From a virus (Duplodnaviria; Caudoviricetes): a stretch of DNA of 64,000 nt. Shown here in pieces: positions 18,956 through 28,401 of this stretch; position 1 is the first letter of the stretch, and every line of letters begins with the position of its first letter. The notes under the pieces were generated by a model. The model worked only from the letters and a program-made list of their open reading frames with translations, was not told the origin of the DNA and searched no databases. The DNA is taken from positions 1-64,000 of the IMG/VR virus record IMGVR_UViG_3300045594_000116. One strand, given 5' to 3'. The translations under genes and the position numbers were made by a program.

Positions 18956-19349
18956 CATCATGACATCGGAGGATATCATTATTCTCAGCATAGTCATAGT
19001 TCTGTCATTCATAGGTAGCATAGGGCAGGATTATCTTGCAATGTTCACAAGAGAACGGAAGATGAGTTTAATACGTATTCTTCTTTCTACTGCTACTTCT
19101 TCTATCATAGTATTTGCGATTAGTTCTAAAGTTATGGATTGGCTCGGCATTCGTGGTTTGATCGCAGCTTCTTTCCTCGGTGGTCTGGTAGGTTTTGAAT
19201 TACTACAAAGATGCTCATCGCTGAATGGACTCATAAGCATCTTAGAACGTATTCTCGACATACTCAATGCCGCTAGAGGTGATCCTCCACCACGCCGTCA
19301 TTCGATTTATAGAGAGAATGATCCAAATAATTCAAATGATGGTAATTAA
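18930..19349 (+). CDS. Holin-like three-TM protein
   Basis: Three hydrophobic helices, charged C-terminus; start may be a few codons downstream. Confidence 0.6.
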   Translation: MVMMTPMTDIMTSEDIIILSIVIVLSFIGSIGQDYLAMFTRERKMSLIRILLSTATSSIIVFAISSKVMDWLGIRGLIAASFLGGLVGFELLQRCSSLNGLISILERILDILNAARGDPPPRRHSIYRENDPNNSNDGN

Positions 19350-19423
19350 CTGAGAGAGGGTGCAATGGCACCCTCTCAAAGCTTTGTGAAACATAAGATT
19401 AATATATCAAAGGAGGTAAAAAA

Positions 19424-21097
19424 ATGGCTTATTTATACGATTTATGGATTCCAGATCCGTCTGCAGATAAGATTAGTCGTCTTGTCAAAGAAGAAGCTGG
19501 AACTGTCATTGCAAGTGAACACAAACCAATGGCGGTTGCTGTCCATACGAATCAGCTTGATGTATATGTAGCTAATGCTGGTGCTAATACCATTAAATAT
19601 AAAAATGGTGTAGCGCTTCCTAAAACTGAAAATGCATCGGGAACTATTTCTCGCTATCGCGATGGAGCCCATATGGACGATATCGCTGTAGGTCGTACCC
19701 CAATGGGTATTGCGGTAGGTCCTGATGGAGCTGTGTGGGTTGCCAACTATGGCTCCTGTACAGTATCTAAAGTAGTCAATAACAAAGTTACTGCTACTAT
19801 CCCAGTTGGCCTTGGACCTAGAGGTGTCTGCGTAACTCCGAAAGGAATCGTTTACGTATCTAACTATCTTGGAAATACGGTCACTAAGATTGTAAATGAC
19901 GTTGTTACGGCTACGATCAAAGTTGCATGGAATCCGTACGGCATTTGCGCAGATAGATTTGAAAATGTCTATGTGTGCTGCTCTGGTTCGAACCTTGTAA
20001 CGAAAATCAAAGACAATACCCGTCTTAAAGATATCAATGTCGGTCATGTGCCGTATGGTATCTGCCTTGATATGAATGGTAATGTCTGGGTTGCTAACTA
20101 TTATGCAGGTACTGTCACTAAGCTTGTCGATGACAAGGCTGATGGTGATGCTATTATGGTTGGTAAGGGTGCATTTGCCATTGATGTAGATAGAGATAAT
20201 GAGATCTTCGTTACCAACTATCTCGAAGGTACTGTATCGAAAATAGCTGGTGGGGCTGAAGTTACTAAGATTGAAGTTACTCCGAATCCTTGTGCATTCG
20301 GTGACTTCTCTGGTATGCAGGCTTACTATCTGTTTGAATATGGAACTGGTGGCTCTGGAGCAACGAAGAAGATTGGTTACGATGATCTTGATCCTGCTAT
20401 GCAGCGTATGCTTGATAACCTGAAACCGATCACTCTTCCTATCGAGGATACCCAGGTAAATCATACCAATGATGCAAATTATCCTACGGTTAATGACGCA
20501 TTAAATCATCTCTTAAATCCTGCTCCAGTTATCGAAAGCTTTACGATCGATAAATCTGTATTCGAAATGGGTACGGTTGTCAATGATCTTACTTTCTCCT
20601 GGAAAGTAAACAAGACTATGGATAAACAGAGCATTGATTCGTACGGAGATATTCCGTCTACCGATATGAAGAAGGCTCTGTCCGGCCTTGGACTTAAAGC
20701 AAACTCTAAGTTCACTCTTACTGTATCTGATACAGATGGCAGAACTGCTACTGCAGATGCCAGCATCAGGTTCCAGCTGAGTAACTATATCGGCACGCTT
20801 AAGTCGGCAACTCCAACGAATGCAGAATTGCTTCTTCTCAGACACATTCTTTCTGATGATGCTGCTATGCAGAATCAGTATGTGAATGCTACGGGTGGCA
20901 AGTATATCTACATCGCTGTTCCTGCTACCTATGGTCTTGATGTATCTCGCATTATGGTCGGAGACCATGTATGCACTGACTGGACTGTATCGCCTGTACA
21001 GATCACGAACGCTAATGGGTATGCCGCAACGTATACGCTGTTCCGGTCTAACAGAATTCAGACTGCCAGTGATATCAAGATCGATGTAATTGTATAA
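19424..21097 (+). CDS. YVTN/NHL beta-propeller protein with C-terminal Ig-like domains (putative tail/receptor-binding)
   Basis: About seven repeats of VGxxPxGI/V..G.VWVANY..TVSK; AACA-N6-TA at 19390-19401. Confidence 0.85.
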   Translation: MAYLYDLWIPDPSADKISRLVKEEAGTVIASEHKPMAVAVHTNQLDVYVANAGANTIKYKNGVALPKTENASGTISRYRDGAHMDDIAVGRTPMGIAVGPDGAVWVANYGSCTVSKVVNNKVTATIPVGLGPRGVCVTPKGIVYVSNYLGNTVTKIVNDVVTATIKVAWNPYGICADRFENVYVCCSGSNLVTKIKDNTRLKDINVGHVPYGICLDMNGNVWVANYYAGTVTKLVDDKADGDAIMVGKGAFAIDVDRDNEIFVTNYLEGTVSKIAGGAEVTKIEVTPNPCAFGDFSGMQAYYLFEYGTGGSGATKKIGYDDLDPAMQRMLDNLKPITLPIEDTQVNHTNDANYPTVNDALNHLLNPAPVIESFTIDKSVFEMGTVVNDLTFSWKVNKTMDKQSIDSYGDIPSTDMKKALSGLGLKANSKFTLTVSDTDGRTATADASIRFQLSNYIGTLKSATPTNAELLLLRHILSDDAAMQNQYVNATGGKYIYIAVPATYGLDVSRIMVGDHVCTDWTVSPVQITNANGYAATYTLFRSNRIQTASDIKIDVIV

Positions 21098-21114
21098 GAA
21101 AGGAGGAAAATCTA

Positions 21115-21846
21115 ATGTCAGTTCCTATGAACCAGGGTACTCTTGTTAGTGCTCCTATTAGACCTTATACTGCAGATGACAATTATGCTGTTGCACTTGC
21201 CAATGAAGTTAAGGGTGGTCTGCATATCGTTGCTACGACTGCAGAAAGAAATGCTATCTCAAAAGATCGTCGTGAAATCGGTATGCATTGTCAGGTTATT
21301 GATCCTCTTACGAAGCTTCGTGCTGAGTATGTTCTCATCAATGATCCTGATGCCGATGCTACAGCCGACACTGATTGGGCTAAATGCGTTGTTATGGCAA
21401 AGGAAGTTCTCCTCTCTGATGGAACTACCAATGCTGAAGATGCTATCAAAGCCGTAAGTGATCATGGCAAGATCAAAAAGATGATTTATGTAGTGGGTAT
21501 GTCAGACATTGCTGTCGGCGCATGCCCTCTTGAACTCACCTGCGGCTTTGACATGGCGATGACTGCTATCCTCATGACTATTCCGAAAGGAACAGTTCTG
21601 TCGAAATCTCTTAGCGCCAATGTCGAGGTTTACCATAGCGGATTGTGGAATGTTGTAAACAACGTTACTATCCCTATTGGTGGGCCTGATGCTGTATCTA
21701 TCACTCTGTCTACTCCGTATCTTGTAGCTCCAGAGGATAGAGTTCGTCTGAATTTTATTGATGCAGATGATACTGCTAAATGCGTTGTTGCTACTCTCGG
21801 TTTCACTGAAATCACTGCAACTACAACTTCTACAGGATCTAAGTAA
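21115..21846 (+). CDS. Tail-fibre-associated protein (243 aa)
   Basis: GGLHIVATTAERNAI..R.IGM motif common in phage fibres; AGGAGG RBS. Confidence 0.7.
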   Translation: MSVPMNQGTLVSAPIRPYTADDNYAVALANEVKGGLHIVATTAERNAISKDRREIGMHCQVIDPLTKLRAEYVLINDPDADATADTDWAKCVVMAKEVLLSDGTTNAEDAIKAVSDHGKIKKMIYVVGMSDIAVGACPLELTCGFDMAMTAILMTIPKGTVLSKSLSANVEVYHSGLWNVVNNVTIPIGGPDAVSITLSTPYLVAPEDRVRLNFIDADDTAKCVVATLGFTEITATTTSTGSK

Positions 21847-21907
21847 TCAACAAAAGAATAAATAGCAATGGTGCTAAATTTGAATTGAAAAAAGGAAGGT
21901 GTAATCA

Positions 21908-22414
21908 ATGCCAACTCCGATTTTTGCTGTCTATGATTCAACCGACACTACGGCGGAAAGCAATCATTCATTCGGCCAGGTCAAGGCATCGACGACCTCT
22001 GCAGTCTATGAGGTACATGCTTGGAACAATAAAGGTCAGTCTTCGGCTGTCTCCGATATTATCGAAGCTACTGTAACGACTACCGACTCCACTGGTAACT
22101 TCACTGGCGATGTCGTCACGAACAAATGGATTGAAGTCAACGTTAACAACGAGCTCGAGTCTGGTTCTACGACGGATCTGCATTTCGATAAGATCGGTGG
22201 TCTTACGAAAGCTGCTATCCGTGGCATGAGCTACGACAAGAAAACCGATGCTAATGGTGGCGGCACGATCTCTGGTGCTGCTAATGATGGTAACGCTGCT
22301 ACGGCTGCTACGAAAGCGAACTTTGCAATCTGCAAGTTCCGCGTAAATCTGCCGATGAATGCAACGTCCGGTCAGCAGACTGGCAAGATCCGTTTCGAGG
22401 GTTACTACGTCTAA
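21908..22414 (+). CDS. Structural-type protein (168 aa)
   Basis: Thr/Ala/Gly-rich beta pattern (FGQVKA..VHAWNN); followed by a hairpin terminator. Confidence 0.75.
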   Translation: MPTPIFAVYDSTDTTAESNHSFGQVKASTTSAVYEVHAWNNKGQSSAVSDIIEATVTTTDSTGNFTGDVVTNKWIEVNVNNELESGSTTDLHFDKIGGLTKAAIRGMSYDKKTDANGGGTISGAANDGNAATAATKANFAICKFRVNLPMNATSGQQTGKIRFEGYYV

Positions 22415-22441
22415 ACGTATAATCATTGAATCTTAATATAG

Positions 22442-22465
22442 CGGGCTACCCAAATGGGTAGCTCG
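22442..22465 (+). terminator. Terminator-like hairpin
   Basis: cgggctaccc-aaat-gggtagctcg then a T-rich tract. Confidence 0.6.
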
Positions 22466-22522
22466 ATATATTTTGCTACATCTGACATTTTTGTAATATA
22501 TAAATTTAGGAGGAGATATTAG

Positions 22523-23161
22523 ATGTACGATACAAATACAGTTACCGACAAGACCATCAATAACCAGGTGATGGCTTGGTTTGCTAAATACTTCGATGGC
22601 AAGGTATTCGAAGAGTTTCATGAAGATGGAACTCAGAATGGGTTCTTTGATATCGACAAACTCAATTTAAAAGAATTTGGTTTGTTCGGTGGGAATAACC
22701 GTCTCTGGTTTGATACCCGTGATGGTGTTATCCATACAATGAATAGCAAAGGGAATCGGTTCGGATTGAGATTCCATCTTGAAGATGAAGATCAGAATCT
22801 TATCAAGATTACCGACCGTGAAGCTAAATACAATGACATCATTCAGTACAAGAAGTTCCATGCTGATATTGATTTCAGTTCTGCTACAATCGGGAAAGAG
22901 ATTCCAGCGTCGGCTGATATATTCTATTTCGGTTACAAACTTCCTATCACTGTTGACAAAGGTATTATCAATGCTAAAGTTCTTATGATTGTAAATCCGT
23001 TCAGCACTGAGGCTCCTGTTACATTACAAGTAAGCCTGACGTCTACATTTGACTTTGATGGATATTTCGTTATGTACGCTAACGATGATATGGTTCCAGT
23101 TACTGAAGTTCAGATTAGAGCCAATGAAGCTGCTACAGTAATTGAGAAAGTGTTGGTGTAA
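22523..23161 (+). CDS. Hypothetical late protein (212 aa)
   Basis: AGGAGGAG RBS; GACA-N6-TA at 22484-22495. Confidence 0.8.
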   Translation: MYDTNTVTDKTINNQVMAWFAKYFDGKVFEEFHEDGTQNGFFDIDKLNLKEFGLFGGNNRLWFDTRDGVIHTMNSKGNRFGLRFHLEDEDQNLIKITDREAKYNDIIQYKKFHADIDFSSATIGKEIPASADIFYFGYKLPITVDKGIINAKVLMIVNPFSTEAPVTLQVSLTSTFDFDGYFVMYANDDMVPVTEVQIRANEAATVIEKVLV

Positions 23162-23328
23162 TGATGGAATTGAAAGATCTTGATAAACGTGCTAGATACG
23201 TACTTGAAAATTGTTCAGCTCCTATCATCGGATTTGATGGTAAGCCTATGAAGCTTGAAGAACTCAGTATTACCGAAGCAAAACCTGAAAAGATTATGCA
23301 TATCGATATGAAGACTAATACTATCTAA
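23161..23328 (+). CDS. Small protein (55 aa) MMELKDLDKRARY...
   Basis: Hand-translated; TAATG overlap with the upstream stop. Confidence 0.5.
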   Translation: MMELKDLDKRARYVLENCSAPIIGFDGKPMKLEELSITEAKPEKIMHIDMKTNTI

Positions 23329-23409
23329 GGCTTATAAGGAGCAGGCTATGGGCCTGCTCCATGCCTTTTGTCAAACATTTAATTAAATATCAAGAAATGA
23401 GGTGTAAAG

Positions 23410-25341
23410 ATGAGTAGATTATATCTGCTTTCCTCCGAAGTAAATTCAGTAGAGACATATTACACCGCTGATTCTAGCGGTGCTATTACATCTATTGGTA
23501 CTACGAAGGATTTCACAAAAGGTTTCGATGATGCTATTTTAGCACTCATCCCTAACTCTGTGTATGCTGGACTTACTAATGGTAAAGTCTGGATGGATTC
23601 TGCAACCGATAAAACTGCTGCTACTATTGCGAGTGTCAATAAAGGTCTTATCATCTCTGGTGATGAAGATGATGTTTGCACTGCTGGTTATTCTGGGATT
23701 AATTCGATCACAACGAATGCATCTGCGAATACTATGTATGCTTTGTCATTCAACCAGAGAAGTAGCTGGATAACGCGTGGTAATGAACAGTATATCGACA
23801 AGACCAATCTCCTGCCTAAAGATGCTACTGCAAGAAAAGCTATCGCAACGATAGATTCTTCTTACGATAAACTCTTTGACCAGGACAATACGACGTCTGT
23901 TTCCTTTACAACGGCAACTACGGTAATCCCTATTGTATTTGCAAAGAATACTAAACTTCGTAAGGTATTTGGCAGACTTATCACTGGTAGTATTCAGCCA
24001 GTGAAATTTGATGTTGCTGTTTACAGCGACACGGCTAAAGGATATGTAAGCATTGGTGACTTTACCGTTGCTACTATCGATACTGATTTTGCGTATGACT
24101 TTGATGGAAAATATACCGAGCATACGAAGTTCCAGATCACTATTACATATACGGCTGATGATAAGAGCACGCCTGCAATTTTGTCAGAATTGAACTTTTA
24201 CGCGGAAGCCACTAGAGTTGCATGGCTACCCCTCAATTTGAACGAAATCGGCACAAAGGGCATGTCTCAAGCAACGCTTCAGGCCTTAACCAGCGCTCAG
24301 TTTGCTGATGTCTTCACAAAAGGTTCTGCTAACTATGCTGTTTATATTCCATCTGGAAGTTCTTTTACGTCGATCACTTTCAACTTGCCAGCTAACAGTG
24401 CACCGGTAGTAAAGAACTTTGAAGCTTCTCCGTCTTATGTTCATAGTGAAAATATATCGATCAAGTTCGATGTCTATGATCTAGAGAATCAGAAGATGTT
24501 CTACAAAGTTACTCTCAATGATACTCCAATTGTAAAAGACTTTACTTCTACGAATGGATTTGTATCTGGAATAGAGTTCAAGAATTCTGATCTTAAGATT
24601 GGTAACAATACGGTTACTATCGAGACTCAGGATGAGGCTGGCGCTACCCAGAAGTATACTTATACTATCATCAAAAAAGATGAGCTCCCTAACTCTATTT
24701 CTACCTTGCTTGATAATAAGTATACGATGAATATCTCTGATGGAGATATGGATCTGGTTACTCTTAAGGCTACATTGAATGGTGAAGTTATTGATACTAT
24801 CACTGAAGGTATCAAGGCTCCATTCACCCATGTAGTAACTTGGGATAAGCATAAAGTAAAGATCAACGAGAAGAACGTTCTTACTGTAGTCCTCACGGAT
24901 AACGTTGGTGGTAGCACTACTATCACTGAGGAATTTGTTGGAGATTACTATGGGTTGATGTTCATGGATACGGCTGGTAAGTTCCTTACCAATGATATTG
25001 GAGAGCTTATCAAGTATCTTGACTTCGGAACTGTAACAGCTGGACGGGACTCTGTTCCATTCCAGGTTATTGCATACAACCATACAATTGCTGCTCTGCA
25101 GAATGTATCTATTCATGGTCCTAATGACTTGAATGGGTATGATGATCAGTCTGGCCACCATACTGGTGATATCTTCATCAAGATGTGTGCCGATGATCAG
25201 TTCCTTAAGAACGTCGGTGCTAACCTTAGTATTGGAACTATGGTTCCACAGCAGAAGGTTTCCTTCTATCTTAAGGTATATACAACTAATCCTTCGTCTA
25301 TCGGAGATTTCAAGTCAGAGTTCGATGGCTTAGTAGATTGA
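23410..25341 (+). CDS. Tail-associated protein with discoidin-like and Ig-like domains (643 aa)
   Basis: KLFD..TT...ELNFY segment, NSAPVV..G.NTVTI..D Ig-type repeats; AACA-N6-TA at 23374-23385. Confidence 0.75.
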   Translation: MSRLYLLSSEVNSVETYYTADSSGAITSIGTTKDFTKGFDDAILALIPNSVYAGLTNGKVWMDSATDKTAATIASVNKGLIISGDEDDVCTAGYSGINSITTNASANTMYALSFNQRSSWITRGNEQYIDKTNLLPKDATARKAIATIDSSYDKLFDQDNTTSVSFTTATTVIPIVFAKNTKLRKVFGRLITGSIQPVKFDVAVYSDTAKGYVSIGDFTVATIDTDFAYDFDGKYTEHTKFQITITYTADDKSTPAILSELNFYAEATRVAWLPLNLNEIGTKGMSQATLQALTSAQFADVFTKGSANYAVYIPSGSSFTSITFNLPANSAPVVKNFEASPSYVHSENISIKFDVYDLENQKMFYKVTLNDTPIVKDFTSTNGFVSGIEFKNSDLKIGNNTVTIETQDEAGATQKYTYTIIKKDELPNSISTLLDNKYTMNISDGDMDLVTLKATLNGEVIDTITEGIKAPFTHVVTWDKHKVKINEKNVLTVVLTDNVGGSTTITEEFVGDYYGLMFMDTAGKFLTNDIGELIKYLDFGTVTAGRDSVPFQVIAYNHTIAALQNVSIHGPNDLNGYDDQSGHHTGDIFIKMCADDQFLKNVGANLSIGTMVPQQKVSFYLKVYTTNPSSIGDFKSEFDGLVD

Positions 25342-25435
25342 GTAAGAGGGGAGAAATCCCCTCTTTTTAAATGCTGCAATACAATGTGGCATAGTTGCTC
25401 AATACAATGAGTAATGATAAAGGAGATGATTCACG

Positions 25436-26974
25436 TTGAGTACAGTAGCAAATAAGTTTTTTAGTAAGGTGAACGTATGTCCACCTGCGGTAAAACATAT
25501 CTACATTTACCCAATAAAGGATACTATGATCTCCGAAGTAAACCCACTGTTAAACTATGGTATGTTTCAGAATATTCTTCTGAATAATACTATTAAGGGA
25601 GACAATGCGGGATTATTCGGATTTAGTGGTATCAACCTTAGCGAATATAAGATCAGTGCTGATCTTATCGCTAGTGTCAAATTCCATATGGCGATCAACC
25701 AGCCAACTGCATCTAAGCTGAGTCTTAAGGCTCAGAAGATCACAGATAATGACTGGATCGAGTATGGTGCAACATGGGCAGGCCAGCCGAATTACAATGA
25801 TACTACATATGCAAGAACAAATGTAGCAGCCAATGCTTCGGCCATCAACATGGATCTTACCAAGCAATTCAAAGCTGAATACAATACGTATTTCAACAAT
25901 GAATTTGGACTGCGTATTACATCTGAGAGTATGATCAAAGATGAAATGACGGTTCTTTCGCGTGAAGCGCAGTATGGTAGACCATGCATCGACATTGAGT
26001 ATTATGATTACTCAGAAACTCCAACCTTCATAAGCGTTCCGTTCGATATCGATCCTGAAATCAAAGATACTAAAGACATTACTTTTGATCTTGAAGTACA
26101 GGGTACGAACACTCGTCAGGAAGTTGGCTTTGACTTCAACGTTCCTATCTATAATCTGAAATCTGACATTGACTTTACGTTCAGTTCCGTTCAGCGTCAA
26201 GAGCCTCAGGAGATTGGATTTGACTTCACTGTTCCGAAATTCAAGATTGACCCTGATACAGATATTACGTTCAGCTTTGAATCTGCTGAGCATGTAGGTT
26301 CTGATATTGGATTTGATCTTACTGTAGTTCCGGATGTTATGAAGCCAGTAGACATTGGTTTTACTTTTGCATCTTCTAATCCGATCAGTGCAGAAGTTGG
26401 ATTCGATCTCTCAGTTAATCCAGATCCAACGAGCATTGACATTGGATTTGATCTTACTTCAATCGCTAAGCTTACGCTTGGAGAGATTGGATTTGATGTA
26501 ACTGTTAGTGCACTTGCTGTAACTCCTGTTGAGATTGGCTTTACTGTCGATATCAGTGGTGGTTGCGGTATTGATATTGGATTCGATTTTGAAGTTCCTA
26601 AGTTCATGCTTGATCCAACGAATATTGCTTTTGATTTCACTGTATCTCATACAGTTAAAAGTATCATTGGCTTTGACGTTGATGCTCTGGCTAGAGATAC
26701 TCAGGATGTCGACTTCGACCTCGAGGTAATTCCTTTTACTTCTGCAGAAATTGGATTCGACTTTGTACCCGTCCAGCATTCTGTAGTAGAGGTAGGATTT
26801 GATCTTGCTGCCGCTCAGCGTTCGACGGTATTCATTGGAATTGATTTCGTTAATCTGAGAGAAACAGATACTGAAGTTAAATTCGATGTATGGCCAGAGA
26901 TTCGCATCAGAAGAGAAATTGGCTTTAGTTTCAAAGCCATCCATGTAAGCGCCACCTATGGATTCATTATGTAA
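25436..26974 (+). CDS. DNRLRE/CBM96-like N-terminal domain plus ~21 tandem (E/D)IGFD(F/L)xV repeats; putative fibre
   Basis: DT.I.E..P..NYG and WIEYGATWAGQP motifs; repeats every 14-17 aa. Confidence 0.8.
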   Translation: MSTVANKFFSKVNVCPPAVKHIYIYPIKDTMISEVNPLLNYGMFQNILLNNTIKGDNAGLFGFSGINLSEYKISADLIASVKFHMAINQPTASKLSLKAQKITDNDWIEYGATWAGQPNYNDTTYARTNVAANASAINMDLTKQFKAEYNTYFNNEFGLRITSESMIKDEMTVLSREAQYGRPCIDIEYYDYSETPTFISVPFDIDPEIKDTKDITFDLEVQGTNTRQEVGFDFNVPIYNLKSDIDFTFSSVQRQEPQEIGFDFTVPKFKIDPDTDITFSFESAEHVGSDIGFDLTVVPDVMKPVDIGFTFASSNPISAEVGFDLSVNPDPTSIDIGFDLTSIAKLTLGEIGFDVTVSALAVTPVEIGFTVDISGGCGIDIGFDFEVPKFMLDPTNIAFDFTVSHTVKSIIGFDVDALARDTQDVDFDLEVIPFTSAEIGFDFVPVQHSVVEVGFDLAAAQRSTVFIGIDFVNLRETDTEVKFDVWPEIRIRREIGFSFKAIHVSATYGFIM

Positions 26975-26993
26975 AAAATAGGAGGGTTCTAAA

Positions 26994-27620
26994 ATGAAAC
27001 TTACCGCATGGTACAACCAATTGACCGATACCCAAAAATCCGTATTCAAGACTCTCATTCTTATTTTAGTGGTAGGCCTGCTTTCTGCAGGTCTTACCTA
27101 CTATTATACAAATGCTCACTGGGAAACTAAGTACAGCACTTTGCAGAATGAGTATGATGTCTACAGAGTAAATCACCCAGATACAGGAGATAAGTTGGGA
27201 AATGAACAGGCAGTCATTAACAAGGCCCTTACAGAAAAAGAGGCCAAAGTCCCAGTCAAGGAAACAATTGGCTTGGAAGAACAGACTGTTATCGGTTATC
27301 AACCAAAATCAACTCCAACTGATTCAGATGTCGAAATAAACTCTGAACCTACTACGATCTCTGTTTCTTATAATGGGAAACAAGAGACCATCCCTACTAC
27401 GTCTACGACTGAGCAAGGGGTTACCACGGATGGTAAAGTAGTAGTAAACCAGAAGCAGGCTGCTACTATCGACATTGATTCTATCGTTAATCGTGAAATT
27501 GCGAATAAAGTTTTAGAGGACGAGCACAAGCAGGCCGTTCTTGAAAGACAAAAGAAGCAGCAGACATTCTGGGGAGTGGTTGGCGGTTTAGCCGTTGGCT
27601 ATCTTGCCGGACAACACTAA
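26994..27620 (+). CDS. Membrane-anchored protein with N- and C-terminal hydrophobic segments (spanin-like candidate)
   Basis: TM at aa 20-38; C-terminal FWGVVGGLAVGYLAG. Confidence 0.6.
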   Translation: MKLTAWYNQLTDTQKSVFKTLILILVVGLLSAGLTYYYTNAHWETKYSTLQNEYDVYRVNHPDTGDKLGNEQAVINKALTEKEAKVPVKETIGLEEQTVIGYQPKSTPTDSDVEINSEPTTISVSYNGKQETIPTTSTTEQGVTTDGKVVVNQKQAATIDIDSIVNREIANKVLEDEHKQAVLERQKKQQTFWGVVGGLAVGYLAGQH

Positions 27621-27637
27621 TTCAAAAAAAAAAATAA

Positions 27638-27662
27638 AGAGGTAGGCGCAATGCCTACCTCT
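27638..27662. terminator. Bidirectional terminator between convergent genes
   Basis: agaggtaggc-GCAAT-gcctacctct flanked by A and T runs. Confidence 0.75.
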
Positions 27663-27675
27663 CTATTTGTGTGAT

Positions 27676-28389
27676 TTATTTATGCTTCTTTGAATGCTCT
27701 CGCAAAACATACAAAAGTATCTTATTGTAGCTATTGAGCTGCCTTACGGATTTATCATGCTGTTCAGCAAGCTCTTGAATTTTTGCTTTTCTGATTTCTT
27801 TATCGCTGATAGACTTTAGGAATTCGAGTTTGCTATCAAAGTATTCGCATACATTGAAAACCACATACTTACTCAGACTAGACCAAGTTTGGTATACTCT
27901 AAATGGATCATCTAAATCAGTAAAAGAACGTATCTGTAGTGAGATAGCATCTACATCCGAATCAGTGATAAACAGATCAAACCCCATATCATTTTTCCGT
28001 ATTAGCTGTCTATAGTTATAGCTGCATCTATACTGATACTCTAGCTGGTCGCCTACTAAACGGAAGAAAGCACCAGTAAGAATTTGCATCGGTAAGATTA
28101 TATCATGATGGTCTCTTACATTATAATCTACAGTAGCAGCTTTCGATAGATCTGTATTAGGATAATACAGCCTGAAAGTTAAAAGGTAATCCTCAGATAA
28201 AACCTCATTACCTTCTACACAATTGCTTCTGAATGGGTAAACAAATCCATCTCTCTTTTTGAATTTGTTCCATTGCAGATTTACAAGATTCTGCATGAAC
28301 CATTGTGCACCAGTATTTTCATAACTATCATCACGATCTGGTTGTAGCAAGGATATCATTTTTCTTTCGGTGAGTTTATTTCTTGCCAT
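27676..28389 (-). CDS. Hypothetical protein (237 aa)
   Basis: AAGGAGG RBS. Confidence 0.8.
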   Translation of the reverse strand: MARNKLTERKMISLLQPDRDDSYENTGAQWFMQNLVNLQWNKFKKRDGFVYPFRSNCVEGNEVLSEDYLLTFRLYYPNTDLSKAATVDYNVRDHHDIILPMQILTGAFFRLVGDQLEYQYRCSYNYRQLIRKNDMGFDLFITDSDVDAISLQIRSFTDLDDPFRVYQTWSSLSKYVVFNVCEYFDSKLEFLKSISDKEIRKAKIQELAEQHDKSVRQLNSYNKILLYVLREHSKKHK

Positions 28390-28401
28390 GAAAAATCCTC
28401 C

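Noticed and set aside
19442-20464. 340-aa minus-strand ORF
   Set aside because: Shadow of the beta-propeller gene
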